Origin: Podarcis vaucheri | Taxonomy: Eukaryota | DNA length: 64,000 nucleotides | Assembly (NCBI GenBank): GCA_965113315.1 | Contig: OZ220364.1 | Direction: 5' to 3' (one strand) | Part shown: positions 51,950 through 64,000 of the stretch, piece by piece | Layout: each line of letters begins with the position of its first letter | How positions within the stretch are numbered: the first letter of the stretch is position 1 | Program-made: the position numbers and the translations under genes | Notes under the pieces: generated by a model | What the model saw: only the letters and a program-made list of their open reading frames with translations | Database searches by the model: none | What the model was told of the DNA's origin: nothing

Positions 51950-53574
51950 TTCTTTTGATATTTTATTCTTTTGATATTCTTTTGATCCCTCAGATTTGCA
52001 CAGAACTAGAAAATTGCACAAGAAACAACAAAACAAAACAAGGTGCACATATAGCTACCTGCATGCGTGTCCTGTCAGTGCTTAACTGGCATAATAGAAT
52101 CAAGAAATTAGAAGGCTACAACAAATGCAAAAGAGAATGCCTGCTAGTATGAATGGGAAAGACTACTCCAGTCTAATTTGAATTGGTGGGGGGTGGATTA
52201 AGAGCTAAGTAATGCTCCAACGTGGACAAGCCCACTCTAAGATGGATCTGTTCTGCTGACCTTTGCAGATCATCTGTGGAAGGATAGCTCCAGTTCCTTT
52301 AATGATATATGCAGTGGTCCACAAAATGTCAACACAGCTGCTGGCTAGTGCAATTAAACCAATATAATATTTAACAAATTCTGCAGTACAAAACCATGCA
52401 GGGTATGCACAACGTCCATCATCTAGATTTAATTCCTATTGCCTTCAATTGGTCTTCTAACCTATGATCGGAAATTAACTATTCTGGTGTTATAAGCCTA
52501 TTCCACCTATTCACATAGTCCTGCTTTCTTCTATTTCAGAAACTACATAGCAGTGGCTTTCAGTCTGTGCTCTAGGGAATCCTTTTTGTAAACTGAAAGG
52601 CTGGTTAGAAATTCATTCATCAAATGAAATCAATTAACCCTGGGAAGTTTATTCCTCGTTTGTTGTCTTGTAACAGACATTCCATCAGGTTGCAATGAAG
52701 GAGGGAAGCAGGGCCATTCCATTAGCTCTGCTGAGAAACCAGCTGCATCAGGTTTCTCCCCACATCAGCGGTCATTTAGTAGCAGCCATTCCACCAGACT
52801 GTCACAGACGAAGAAGAAAGGAAGCAGAGCCACTCTGTCGCTCAGTGGAAAAACCAGCAACTTTTGGTTCTTCCTCTACTTGAACTGGTATCAAATGAAA
52901 CAAAGAAATTTAAATAGTGGGACCTAGAACTGCATCTAGTGACCTGTTCATAGACAGGAGACTTTCCTAATGTTCTGGAAAATTATATTAATTCCATTAG
53001 CAAAAGTTTTGAAGGCCAAAAGACTAGCTATTTTCCTATAATGGCATACTCATATTATGAAACATATAGCCCACCTTTCCACCGAATATGATTCAGGTAG
53101 CTAACAACAATAAAATAAACAAATGCAAAAAGCCATCACATAATGGAAATGCGAGACAGCTTTTAGAGACACCACTCCAGGAGGGTTACGGCTCTCTTTT
53201 CCAGAACCCAACCATTTAAGGGGCTGACTGGATGAGTCAGAATTGCAAGTTATTTACAAATGTTTTCTATTCATGCTTCTTTCCCTACTAGTAACTTGGG
53301 GGAGGATAAAGAAATATATACGGCAATGGATCCTATAAAGGACAAAGCAGGGGGGAAATGGGTTGAAGGAGAGAAAGGAAAGTAAAAGAAGTGAATGTAA
53401 TATATGTTAAATTACTATCCCAAATAATATCACTAAATATGACTTGTCTATTATTTGGATAGGTTTAGAAAACAGACTGTCTCTTGGTATAAGCCATTAA
53501 CACAGCCTGAATCAGAGCATGAAACATGCCTCTCTCCTTCCCATCATCCTTTCCGTTGCTTTCCAACTCCTGAC

Positions 53575-53770
53575 TGAAATTGGAACAGGAAGTGATTTTG
53601 GAGGGGTGTATGAAAACAGGAAGTGACTTCAGGAAACTGGGAACCATTTGTTTGTTCTTTAGCCTGCATCACTATTATGCACGCGTGTTTGGTAACTGAC
53701 ATTGTCACCTAGAACAGGAAACTAGTCATAGAAAAGCACACATGACTCTGGCATTTAAACAGGAGGGAAT
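53575..53770. promoter_or_regulatory. Candidate endothelial enhancer in FLT4 intron 11 (ETS / FOX:ETS / T-box motif cluster)
   Basis: AACAGGAAGTG 53584, AAAACAGGAAGTG 53613, CAGGAAAC 53630, TGTCACCT 53703, AACAGGAAAC 53713, TAAACAGGA 53756 within ~190 bp. Confidence 0.55.
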
Positions 53771-54329
53771 GGAAAGAAATAGCCTTTAAATGCCTGCTAG
53801 TCATGCATCAGGACTGGAGAGAAAGAAAAAAAAATCATTCCAGAAAGGAAATATAGTGTAATATCCAATGGAACCTCTCACACTTCAAAGCAACGCTTCG
53901 TACACTTGGATTCACACATTTGTACTGGAATAGTGTACAGGGCCAAATTGTTCATAATGGCTCATTGAGTCTGGTAGCTGAATCGAGAGAAAGTAGGGGG
54001 CAGGTGAGTGGGGCAACTAAAAGCACAGCATGAGCAAGAGGGAAGAGTTGGACTCTTGTTGCCTATGTTTTTTACCCCTTAAATGTCCTACCTCAACTGT
54101 CCCACCATCCCAGAATGGCATTATGAAATTCCCACCAGGAGAAAAATGGCTGAAGCACAGTAGTTCGTGGGCAAAAAATAAGGATAGGAAAAGGGTTCTC
54201 CCTGCCATTCCACCTCAAGTTCTCAATTCCAATTCCCACCCACCCCTTATATTTAGCAGTACCAAGGTGGTTCTTCCACCGCAACATCAAATTAAATTTC
54301 CAGCAGTTTCACTGAATATAGCTTAACGT

Positions 54330-54672
54330 CATAGGCGCCGACTCCATGGGGCCTGAGGGGGCCCGAGCCCCCTCAAAAATTTGTTTGGGGGGGCTCTGCC
54401 CCCCCAATAATCTCGGGCGCCCCTCCAGCAGAGCGCCAACGCCGCCCCTCTCCCAGCCCAAAATGCACAGGGTCGGGCTGCATGCCTCCTGCCCTCCCTC
54501 CCGAGCAAAAGCTCCACCCAATTTCCTTCGGAGCTGATTAATAGGCGCAGCACGCTCTCCCCTATTCGCTCACGAGGAGGCGGCGCCACTTTATCTGCAT
54601 ATTCATGAGCTTATTTATTATTCATGAGCTTTCGCGGGCTCCCCCAATATTTTTTATAAGTCGGCACCCCTG
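54330..54672. mobile_element. hAT-type MITE, 343 bp
   Basis: Imperfect TIRs CATAGGCGCCGACT / AGTCGGCACCCCTG; 8-bp TSD CTTAACGT / CTTAATGT. Confidence 0.85.
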
Positions 54673-55935
54673 CTTAATGTAGGACAAAGTGTAGTTTAAT
54701 AATCAGAATGCTGACCTGAGTCTTAAAAACAGTTGTGATATATATTCTTATGGAATGGAGTTGGGAATGAATAGTGTAGGGCATCTTCTGTGGTGGCACC
54801 CCAGCTATAGAATGTTGTTTGTCTTTTTGGCACTAACTCAAAATTCATGTATTTCCTTAGCCATTTATAGGATGTCAGCAGTGAATTTATTTTGAAGAAT
54901 GAAGATTGCTGTTATTTACTATATCACTAACACCAAATAAACATGGTTCCTGCTTGTTTTTATGGTAGTTTGCAATTTGATGTATTTATGTTCAGTATTT
55001 AAGTTCAGGTTAGAAATATTTTACATAAACATATACATATACATATATATTCATTGCATTAGAATATTCCACTGCACTCTGCCTTCCATTCAGCTTGCTC
55101 ATAGATGATCTCATTCCTCTATGAAGAAAGCCATGCTCTGACTCACAGTGGACAATACCTTCTAATTTAATGTTCACCTTTTAAATCACTCTATTGAATA
55201 AGCATACATTCAGTACTGAATTCACTGAAAGCAATGCAAATTTAGATCAATATTATCATTGATCATTGATCAATATCATTGATCAATATTATCATTCCTT
55301 CCTTTGCACACTCATACAACGTTTGTCCCCAAATTTGCCAGTGCCATTCACATAAATCTGGTGCATTCTTAACCTTTGAGTAATGTCAGCTATATTAGGA
55401 GTACATGACAGCTATGGAAGTTTCACTTCTGCAGCCTTCATTTCTTCAGAGTCCTCCCCCCCCCCCCGCCCCCGGATTGTGAACTATTTTTTATTTCATG
55501 TGAATGAATGTCTTCAGAAATGTCAGTCTTCACATTTTATACCTCATTTTTCTCTCTAGTATCATAATTGGTAGTAAGGATCTTAACGGGTTATCCAAAA
55601 TTTTGTTGTCCCCGAAGGGGCAATGACAATAAAGATATTACTACTACTATTAAAAAAAACTGGCTTTGGTTTTTCATAGATAAGACAAAAACTGATTACT
55701 AAACGTATAGATATAGATAAGACAACGTATAGATAAGACAAAAACTGATTACTAAATGTGTAATCATTTAGCTGCATAACTAACTGACCACATGATGGAA
55801 GTCAACTCCTAGTTTGACTTCATGTTGCAAAATCAGCTAAAACAGAACAGGCCTGAGAAGGCTCCATCTCATGAGCTCGAGGTGCTTCTACCTCTTTCCA
55901 ACGCAGAAAGGACAAAGAGAAACATGTGGCCTCAC

Positions 55936-56077
55936 CTTGTTCCTTCCTTCCACAAACTCTGTCCAGGTGTCAATGCTTTCAATGGCATTCACAGCATCCA
56001 GCTGCGACACATCCTTCCAGTCCTTACACTCGGGCATCCGGTCTCGCTGATGGCGCCGGACAGTCCTCCTCCTGCTC
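55936..56077 (-). CDS. FLT4: FLT4 exon 11 (Ig5, polybasic processing region)
   Basis: [47 protein letters not shown]; donor AAG|GTGAG; acceptor position slightly uncertain (56077 or 56071). Confidence 0.9.
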
Positions 56078-57708
56078 CTATTTATCCAGAAGCCATGAAA
56101 GAAGAAGAGACAGAGAGAAACAGGAGACTTGGTTAGCCAATAAAAGAAGTTATTGGGAAGATTACAGGGCATTAACATACAATGCTGCCTATAATATAAT
56201 TAGGAGGAGAGGGAAAATGGCTAAGGGGGAGCACGAGATGGCCTTATAAAACTTTGCATGGTACAGAGAAAATGGATAAAGAGAAAATGTTCTCCCTCTC
56301 CCACAGTATGAGAAATTTCAAGGATCGCCAGTGATAGCAAGAGAGTCAGAAGAGATGGAATATTATAAGCACTTCTCTTCATGTAGTAAACAATTCGCTC
56401 CATTTCATGTGGTGATAACCACTAGCTTAGATTGCTTTAAAAAGGGGTAAAAAAATGCAAGGATATTTCATATACCCACAACTATCAGCAGCAGTTGGTG
56501 GGGTGGTAAGGTGCAGAAAGCTCAAGGTGGTGCAGGCAGGGTGATGGTGTGGCAAGAGCACTGGACTGGCTCCTTTGCCATGCCTGCACAGTTAAACTCC
56601 CTGCACCTTGCCCCTCCCTCTGCCTGGAACCCTGACCATCTGGGGTGCCAGTGTCTAGGGAGCAAAAGCAGGAGAAGAATATAGCCTTCATGCCATGCTG
56701 TGTGGATGCGCGTGTTAAATATATGGTGTGCACACAACCTGAAAGAGTTTTTCATGTGGGAGGTCAGGGGATTGATATGCATCTAAGGGACGTTGACTGA
56801 GAGTTAAGAGAGAGTATGCTACAGGGTGTGGTATCCTGCAACATGTGTCAGAAGGTCTCTGCTGGAAAGTCGGGTTCAAATGTAATGCAATGTGGGTACC
56901 TGGATAAAGTGTCTGCACTGCTGTGTATGCAGTAGACCAAGTATGGACAACTGGTGGCCCAAAACATTTCTGAGAGTGTTGGACAGTTCTGGCACCCAAA
57001 TTCATCTGGCAGATAGTGTGCTCCTCCGCCCAAACAACATGCCTTCATTAGAGAAGATGAGGGGACAGATGTTTAGCACACTTAGTGTACCATAACAAGA
57101 GTGAGAATCTGTTTAAACAACTGGAAATCATGATGCATCCTCTGAAGCTGGGATAAGCATAAAGATTGTGGCCTTGGGAGACAGTGCTAATAATTCAACA
57201 ACTCCTCTCCTTCCTGACAAGGCCACAAAGCATTCTGATGGGACTGGAAATGCCCTTGTTTCCTCAGACAGTCAAACAGTACATTTACGGCATCAGTATT
57301 TTTATAGATGCCCCACTTCCTCCTGGGTCAATAATGCTTCCCTGTCAAATTCCTGTCTATCTTAGAGGCCTCTTTCTATCTTTCTTTCTCAATAATAATA
57401 GACCTTTGCTGTAAAATGTCCTGCCAGCAGAACCCAAAGGAACAGGAGGCAGCTTGTCTCCTGCACAATAACCATTCAGACAGAGACAGAGGTCATATAA
57501 ATTGTCCTTGTTTCTAAGGGCAGTTCCACAACTACATTCACCACATCCAGAGCCTGTCACTCCTGGTCAAACAGGGCCTCCATGAGGAAAAGAACCTCTA
57601 GCACTACTGCCTCTTCCAAACTGGTGCATACTGAATGCCACTGCAAATCACCATAAGCTTCTCCAGTCAACCAGCAAGAGAAAAAGGGAAATTATGGGGC
57701 ACCCACAA

Positions 57709-58023
57709 GGGATGCAGGTGGCGCTAGGGCTTGCTGATTGGAAGGTCGGCGGTTCAAATCCCCGTGACGGGGTGAGCACCTGTTGCTCAGTCCCAGCTCC
57801 TGCCAACCTAGCAATTCAAAAGCGTGTCAAAGTGCAAGTAGATAAATAGGTACCGCTCCAGTGGGAAGGTAAATGGCGTTTCCATGTGCTGCTCTGGCCA
57901 CATGACCCAGAAAAACTGTCTGTGGACAAACGTTGGCTCCCTTGGCCAGTAAAGCGAGATGAGGGCCGCAACCCCAGAGTCGTTCGCAACTGGACTTAAC
58001 TGTCAGGGGTCCTTTACCTTTTT
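57709..58023 (+). mobile_element. Sauria SINE with internal deletions
   Basis: Homologous to the reverse complement of 36480-37206; tail CCTTTACCTTT. Confidence 0.9.
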
Positions 58024-61000
58024 AGCAGCCTCCACAGCTCTTTGAGCTACATTGCTTGGGACAGGGAAAATAAGCACCCTGCTTATCACCCAGTTGAAGC
58101 ACAGATACTAAACAGTCTGGGAGAAAACAAGCAGTTCAAGCCTTTCTTAGCAAGCTGCCCAAGTTTCCTTGGAGACTTCACATTCTCAGAACCGTTGCAC
58201 TAAGGGATTTGTTTTGGAGTTAAAATGCTGAAGGCCAGTAAAATTCTCATTTATTAAATGGCTGCTGCCCTATGTTTCAATTCTGTGTTAATGTTTCCAA
58301 AAACTGTTTCCCTCCACACAGTGGAAACAATGTGAACCACTTTGTTTCGTATTCTTGTTCTCTCTTTCTCTCACACATTCTTCTTCTCCCAATCTAATGG
58401 GCTCTTTTTATCTCTCTGCTTCTTGATGTAGTCACAGGCATCTTGGAGTCCAAAAGCTTTTATGAGTCTTCCTATCACTATGTATTACAACAGCTCCATA
58501 CATTCTGCCTTATGACTTTAATTTGCGTGAATCTGCTACTTCTACATTCACTCAGCTTTTACTAAAGCTCCGTTGTCACTTTGACTCAAATATGATCTTG
58601 GGGTCACACAGAGGTGTAGTGTGTGGGGAGCATGGCCCTGGGCACAGTTTTGAGAGGGGCATGACTAGGCGCCCCTCCCAGACTCCCTCATTGGGCCTGG
58701 TTCCGGCTCCTGGGCCAGGTCTGACCTGGGAGGCGGAGAGAAGGAGGATAGTCACAGCAGCAGTGTTGCTGCCCCTCTCCTTGGCTGGGCAGTGCTGTGT
58801 GAGGGTGCCACCAAGGCAGCATTCTCGGGCCTGGCTGGGCGCAGCAGGCTCCCACCACCCCTGCCCCCTTAGGGCATGGCCCATGCACCCAATTTAGGTG
58901 GCAGGAGCGTACGTTCCACTGCTGGGGTAACATACTGTTCAGTCACTTTTGCAGGCTTTCACAGATTTGCTATTTCAAACTTCTGCCAAGCTTCTTTGTG
59001 AATTTACTGAAGTAACATAAGTTCTTTGTGTGGGATAACCAGCCTCATATAACCAACTTGCTTAAGTCTAATTAACACATGAAGGGGTTAATACCACAGA
59101 GTAAGCTGTTTTGCCAGGCTTAGTTATGCCCACTTCCCCTCACCTTGGGAGGAACTAGGTAATCAAGCCTATTGTTTCTTCCTAGTCTGTGGGAGAAGCT
59201 CAGCATGTGAAGAGGCTAAGCTGGTTGCTCCAGCTTAGCCACATGGCTCTAACAAACCACTCTTGAGTTCCTATACCAATAATTTGGGAACTTTCACTAC
59301 TGTAACTAATCCAGGTTTTACTGCCTGTGCAACTTTTTCTGTACTTGGCCCAAACCTGGATTTTGGCATCTAGGGAATTCTTTATACAGTCTACCCATTT
59401 TTTCATTGCACCAACACTTTGGGGTCCAAACATATTCTTATCTAGTTTTATTTTCAACAACCACTGGATCATCTCACTCTGCATTCTGGCTATTAAAAAA
59501 ACAACACCTTTATTTATTAGCACTACTAGAACCTTCTGAGGTGCATGAATTATACAGCGGTACTCATATAGATTTGTTTTTATGAGATATTGTTCTGGTA
59601 AGCAACAAGGGCATTGAAACACATCTTTGTAAAACTTTGTGTCAGACTCCCATCGATCTTTCTAAGTCTGTTTCTGTTAAATAGAGTATTAAACCCCTTA
59701 GATGCCACTTCCTACCTAGACATTTTCTGGCAGCTACATAAATTTTCTGCAGGAAAAACCCACACACATTGAAAACCTCACAACTCTGACATTGTATTAA
59801 TTTCTGCCTCCATTGTCTCTGCAGACAAGCAGCAGGCAAGTTTTGAGTTCTGCCACTAGCATGCTCAGAAACAAATCTCTTGAAGAGGGTAACAAATCTC
59901 TACAGCTTCCTAAGATGGGGCAAACTGCACCAGGCAAAGCAGCATTTGGTTTGATAGATGTCTGTGAAGACTGAAGAGCCACTTATTTATAGGCGATTCT
60001 TCATGTTAGACCACTGCATTTCTTGTTCTTTTTCTGTCAAATGGCTGAGTTGAGTCCACTTTACAAATTGCCTTTTCATGCAGCTGCTGACCTGTTCATG
60101 TTTGTGAATGATTGCTTCTCAGCTCCACTTTAAACTGGGCCTAGATCCTAACCAGTTTTCAGACACCAAGGGCCAAACCTGAAATTGATGCAGGAGTTAT
60201 GGGATCAGGTTCCCCAGCTTTTAAAAATATTTAAAAGTAGCCACAGGGTCCCTCATTCAGATTGTCACTGCCATGTTGTGGGGGAATTATTTGTTTTGCT
60301 TTTTAACACCCCTATGCCTGCATTACATTTCCCTGATTTAAATCAACTCTGAGGGCAAAAATGTACATCTACCCATACTGTATTGCTATGTTCTCCCTTC
60401 CCAAACACAGCAGTTTCAATCCAAATATGAGCCCTCTGTAGCTGCTTGTCTTTCTTTGGAAAAATGAGACATCCAGTTTTTGAATTTCCCATGGCATGCC
60501 TAGTTTGGACCTAAGCCAATAGTTCAGTCCTCAGTGGCCAGAGAAATCAAAGAAAAAGCACTAGCAGGATAATTCTATGCAGGAGTAATCAGCAACATTT
60601 TTACATATTCAACACCAGATGAAAAACCTGTCTAAACCCCTGCTCTTAACCCTGCTCCTTTGTGTTGCTCCATGAGAAATCTAAAATGCAGCCCATGGCA
60701 CAATTAGTTGCTAGAGAAGCATGGAATCTCTTTTCCAGTAGTGAGGTTTCATGCCACTCCAGCCATACCTATAAGGAGGGAGCATTTTGTGGGCCAAATG
60801 AATAGCCCCCTCTCTTGGGACTAGAAGATGCAGGCAGGAGGGTAAACCTCATTGTCTACTCCACTCATATGAATAAAAAACTGATGCTCTTGCACAAGGA
60901 CCACCATTTGTACTTTTATCTACAGATGTTGGACAACACTACCTCTCTGAGATCAAGGTGATAATACCAGCTTATTATGACATTTGACTTAGGTCTTAGT

Positions 61001-62162
61001 CATAGGTTTTAAAGTGAAGGAACAGTATGCATTTAGCTCCTGGCCAACATTATTGCATTTCCTTCAAATGGACAGGTACTCACACCACTCTCCATGCCAC
61101 TACAAATGTTTTCCAAAAGGCAGTGTGGAGAAACATTGTCCTGTAAGTGCAAGAAGCCACTGCACACAAATGGCTTCATTTCTGTTACTGTAAGTTGTTT
61201 TAATCCATTTTTAACATTGTGTTTTAATTGTTGTAGCCTGTCCTGGCACCTTAAAGTGAAGGGCAGGCAAGTAACAACAGCAACAGCAGCAGTAGCAGCA
61301 GCAACAGCAACAGTTAGCAACACCAACACGGAGGCTACCCATTTTGGTTTGGGTCCAAATCCAAATTTGCAAGGAACAAATAGGAAAACAAAAAACAGTT
61401 TCATTTTTAATGGACTTGCATTAAATTTCAAGGCTTAGTGGATAAAGCCTGCCAAATTACAGAGAAATAGTTCCATTAGTTTTTGTACTAGGCACCTTTA
61501 AAAACAAAAACAGAATTGTTCACAATTCTTTTACCTTTTGGCAGAAGTGTATGAAATTTGCTCTCTTGTTTGCCTTTTCTGAGAGGATGCACTCTGGCAC
61601 TTTTTATCTAGCCATAGTGGTTTTCCTGCAAGGGCAGGCTTTTCCATTTTAGGATGGTCAAAAAAGAAATCACTTAAGCTCCCCTCTTATTTTGTATGCA
61701 ATCTGTATGCAAATAGCATACACCAGACAGTCCCCTCTTTGTAAGAAACCTGCCAAAATACAAAATGTTTTTTTGTGCTGGGTGCTTTTTGAGGATGGGG
61801 AGAACTAAAGGGGATTTGCTTCTCTCCCTCTGGTTTTGTGGGCAACTATTTTATTATGAAAATGGCATACTTTCCTAGCGACACCTCTACAACATAACCA
61901 GCAACATTTTAAATATCCAAATATCTGAAGTGCCCCAAATCCCACTTTGGTTTGGGGCATACTGAAGAGATGCTACTTTAGCTCGGAGACGCCTGAAATC
62001 TGTCCAAAGCAGCCCGCTTTGGCATTCATCCGATGCACATCCCTAGTGACCCTCTTGCGGTGACCATCTCATATGCATTTGCATGAAGAAGCATGCCAAG
62101 GTCTTCCTCCCTTGCTGCAGCATTAAGAACACGGCAAAGATCAAAGGAGGCCAGTCACTTAC

Positions 62163-62325
62163 AGATTGTGACGGGAGAACATTGGGCAGGGTGTCCAAGG
62201 CCTCCACTGCCACTGGATCTTCTCTGGTGCTGGGATGCCATACACAGTGCAGGTGAGCACCTGTCGGCTTTTACGGGAATAGATGTTGGGTGAAGTTGCT
62301 TCTTTCTCATGGATTTGTGGAGGAA
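62163..62325 (-). CDS. FLT4: FLT4/VEGFR3 exon 10 (Ig5 N-part)
   Basis: (V)[53 protein letters not shown]; AG/GT ends, 163 nt. Confidence 0.95.
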
Positions 62326-62491
62326 CTGAAATAAGAAGAACGTTGATGTATCAGCCTTGTAAATAATAACTGTTCTGGGATGGTTGCCTCTGCTGCTCTC
62401 TCTGCCAATCCTCTAATCACCCACACTATCTCCCTCAATTGTCTCCCTCCCCTCCCAACCTCGCGTTGCTGCTGCTGTGTAGTAGTAGTTA

Positions 62492-62825
62492 CAGTGGTGC
62501 CCCGCAAGACGAATGCCTCGCAAGACGGAAAACTCGCTAGACGAAAGAGTTTTCCATTTTGGAGGTGCTTCGCAAAACGAATCTCCTATGGGCTTGCTTC
62601 GCAAGACGAAAATGTCTTGCGAGTTCCTGCGGGGTTTTTTTGCTCCCCCCCTTTTTCTAAGCCGCTAAGCCGCTTATCAGCTGATCCGATAAGCCGATAA
62701 GACGCTAAAAGCCGCTAATAGGGCTAATCCGCTAATCTGTCAATGGGCTTGCTTCACAAGATGAAAAAACTGCTAGACGAAGAGAATCACAGAACGGATT
62801 CTTTTCGTCTTGCGAGGCACCACTG
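62492..62825. mobile_element. Tigger/pogo-like MITE
   Basis: 22-bp TIR CAGTGGTGCC(C/T)CGCAAGACGAA, TA TSD, subterminal GCAAGACGAA and central TAAGCCGC repeats. Confidence 0.9.
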
Positions 62826-64000
62826 TATACTCCTTCCTCTCCCTTAGAATTGCTCTAGGTCCCAGCAGCACTGATGTCACTGCAGCTTACCTGGGCAGGG
62901 CTGGAGTGGGGCAGCAATGTCAGGGTGGGAATCACCTGATTGGCTCAGCTGGTGCTCCTGTGCAGCCTCAACCTCACCAGTGCCGTGTTCTGTCCAAAAG
63001 TGCCTCACCCAGTGGAGTGGAGCTGCAACACTAGCTTCCCAGCAGCAAGATTGTTGCTGCTTACCAGGTGAGAGTGGGGAAGGGGTGGGGAGGTTCCATA
63101 CAGGTAAGGTGCAATGTAAGTGATGCTGGCATTGTGAGGGTGGATCTGTGGCTCCACCCCACAGGCCAATGTTGGTGCTGTCTTCTATTAAGCAGGATAG
63201 CACTATGGAGGCAGTGTACATTGGCCTTTCCCTGCCCCTGTTGGAAGTCATTGTTTTGAGGAATAGAATGACACATCATTGCTTGAGGGCAACTGTTACA
63301 GGACAGCAAGCAAATGCTGAACTACCAGCAGGTAATGTACAATTACCTGGCACACCTCTCATTTAAGAAATTATCTACTAAATGCAATGGATAAAATAAC
63401 CTGAGCTTAAGTTATGGGTGCATTTAGAGTATGGCTGGGTGGGCGTCAGGCTGCGAGGTCTACGGTCCTTCACACAAAACACCTATTCATTGGGTGGAAT
63501 TCAATACTGCACTATTATAGACTTCCAAATGTGCAAGCATTTCAGCTTGCTGAATGACCCCCTCTTCTCCCTTAATGTGCTGTTCTTGGAGTTCTCCAGC
63601 CCCCTCTGAACCAAGTTCATGGTGGGTGGGAGGAGAGGTGGGGAAGTCCCATTGCACAGGCAAAAGTCCTTGTTCAGGGCTTCTGCTGACAGGGATTGTT
63701 AGGAGAATCCTGCTCCTGGTGTTCTTTTTCACTTAATTTGGTGCATGGGGGTGAGGGTGTGCAGAGTTTAAACTGTTGCTATTGTTAGGCAGCTGGGAAT
63801 CAGAAGCCCTTGGTGATCTACTGCAAAATCACCCAAAGGTCTGCCATTAGATCCCAATCTACCTTCTGCCCAATCCTAATTTAAAACACTGGGAAGTTAT
63901 TTTCTTCCTCTATAAACACTACAGTGCGTGTTAGGGATGCTGGACTAGCTCCAGGAAAACTCACTTATTGCAATTCTTTCTTCTGCGTTGACATCATGGA

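Noticed and set aside
61033-61438. ORFs with poly-Ala/Thr or hydrophobic stretch
   Set aside because: Caused by a degenerate (GCA/ACA)n repeat in intron 10
62640-62740. Short interspersed TAAGCCGC repeats superficially like an array
   Set aside because: Internal repeats of a MITE; vertebrate DNA with no repeat-spacer architecture
63961-64000. Donor-like GTGAGT at the window edge, considered as the end of FLT4 exon 9
   Set aside because: No frame resembles the expected exon-9 end (..ISL.L.VN); exon 9 is probably outside the window

Overview
This is eukaryotic (vertebrate) genomic DNA from a squamate reptile. The evidence is Sauria SINEs, a BovB 3' end, CR1/L2 LINEs and Squam-type SINEs; a lacertid-like lizard is my guess, by inference only. 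Two protein-coding genes lie on the minus strand. (1) The 3' two-thirds of FLT4/VEGFR3, exons 10-30 by human numbering, at 62325->28766. All have GT-AG boundaries and consistent phases, covering Ig5-7, the transmembrane helix, the split tyrosine kinase and the long C-tail. (2) The first coding exon of RNF130 (Goliath PA-RING E3 ligase) at 8539->8281, with a CpG-island promoter at ~8850-10220. The rest is intron or intergenic DNA with many transposon relics, several with resolvable TSDs/TIRs. No prokaryotic-type system (CRISPR etc.) is present, and nothing here is demonstrably a new biological system. The best leads are: a possible intron-13 polyadenylated soluble VEGFR3, a FOX:ETS/T-box enhancer cluster in FLT4 intron 11, a solo LTR carrying a 185-codon ORF, direct FLT4-RNF130 adjacency, and several iterative templated-insertion scars.
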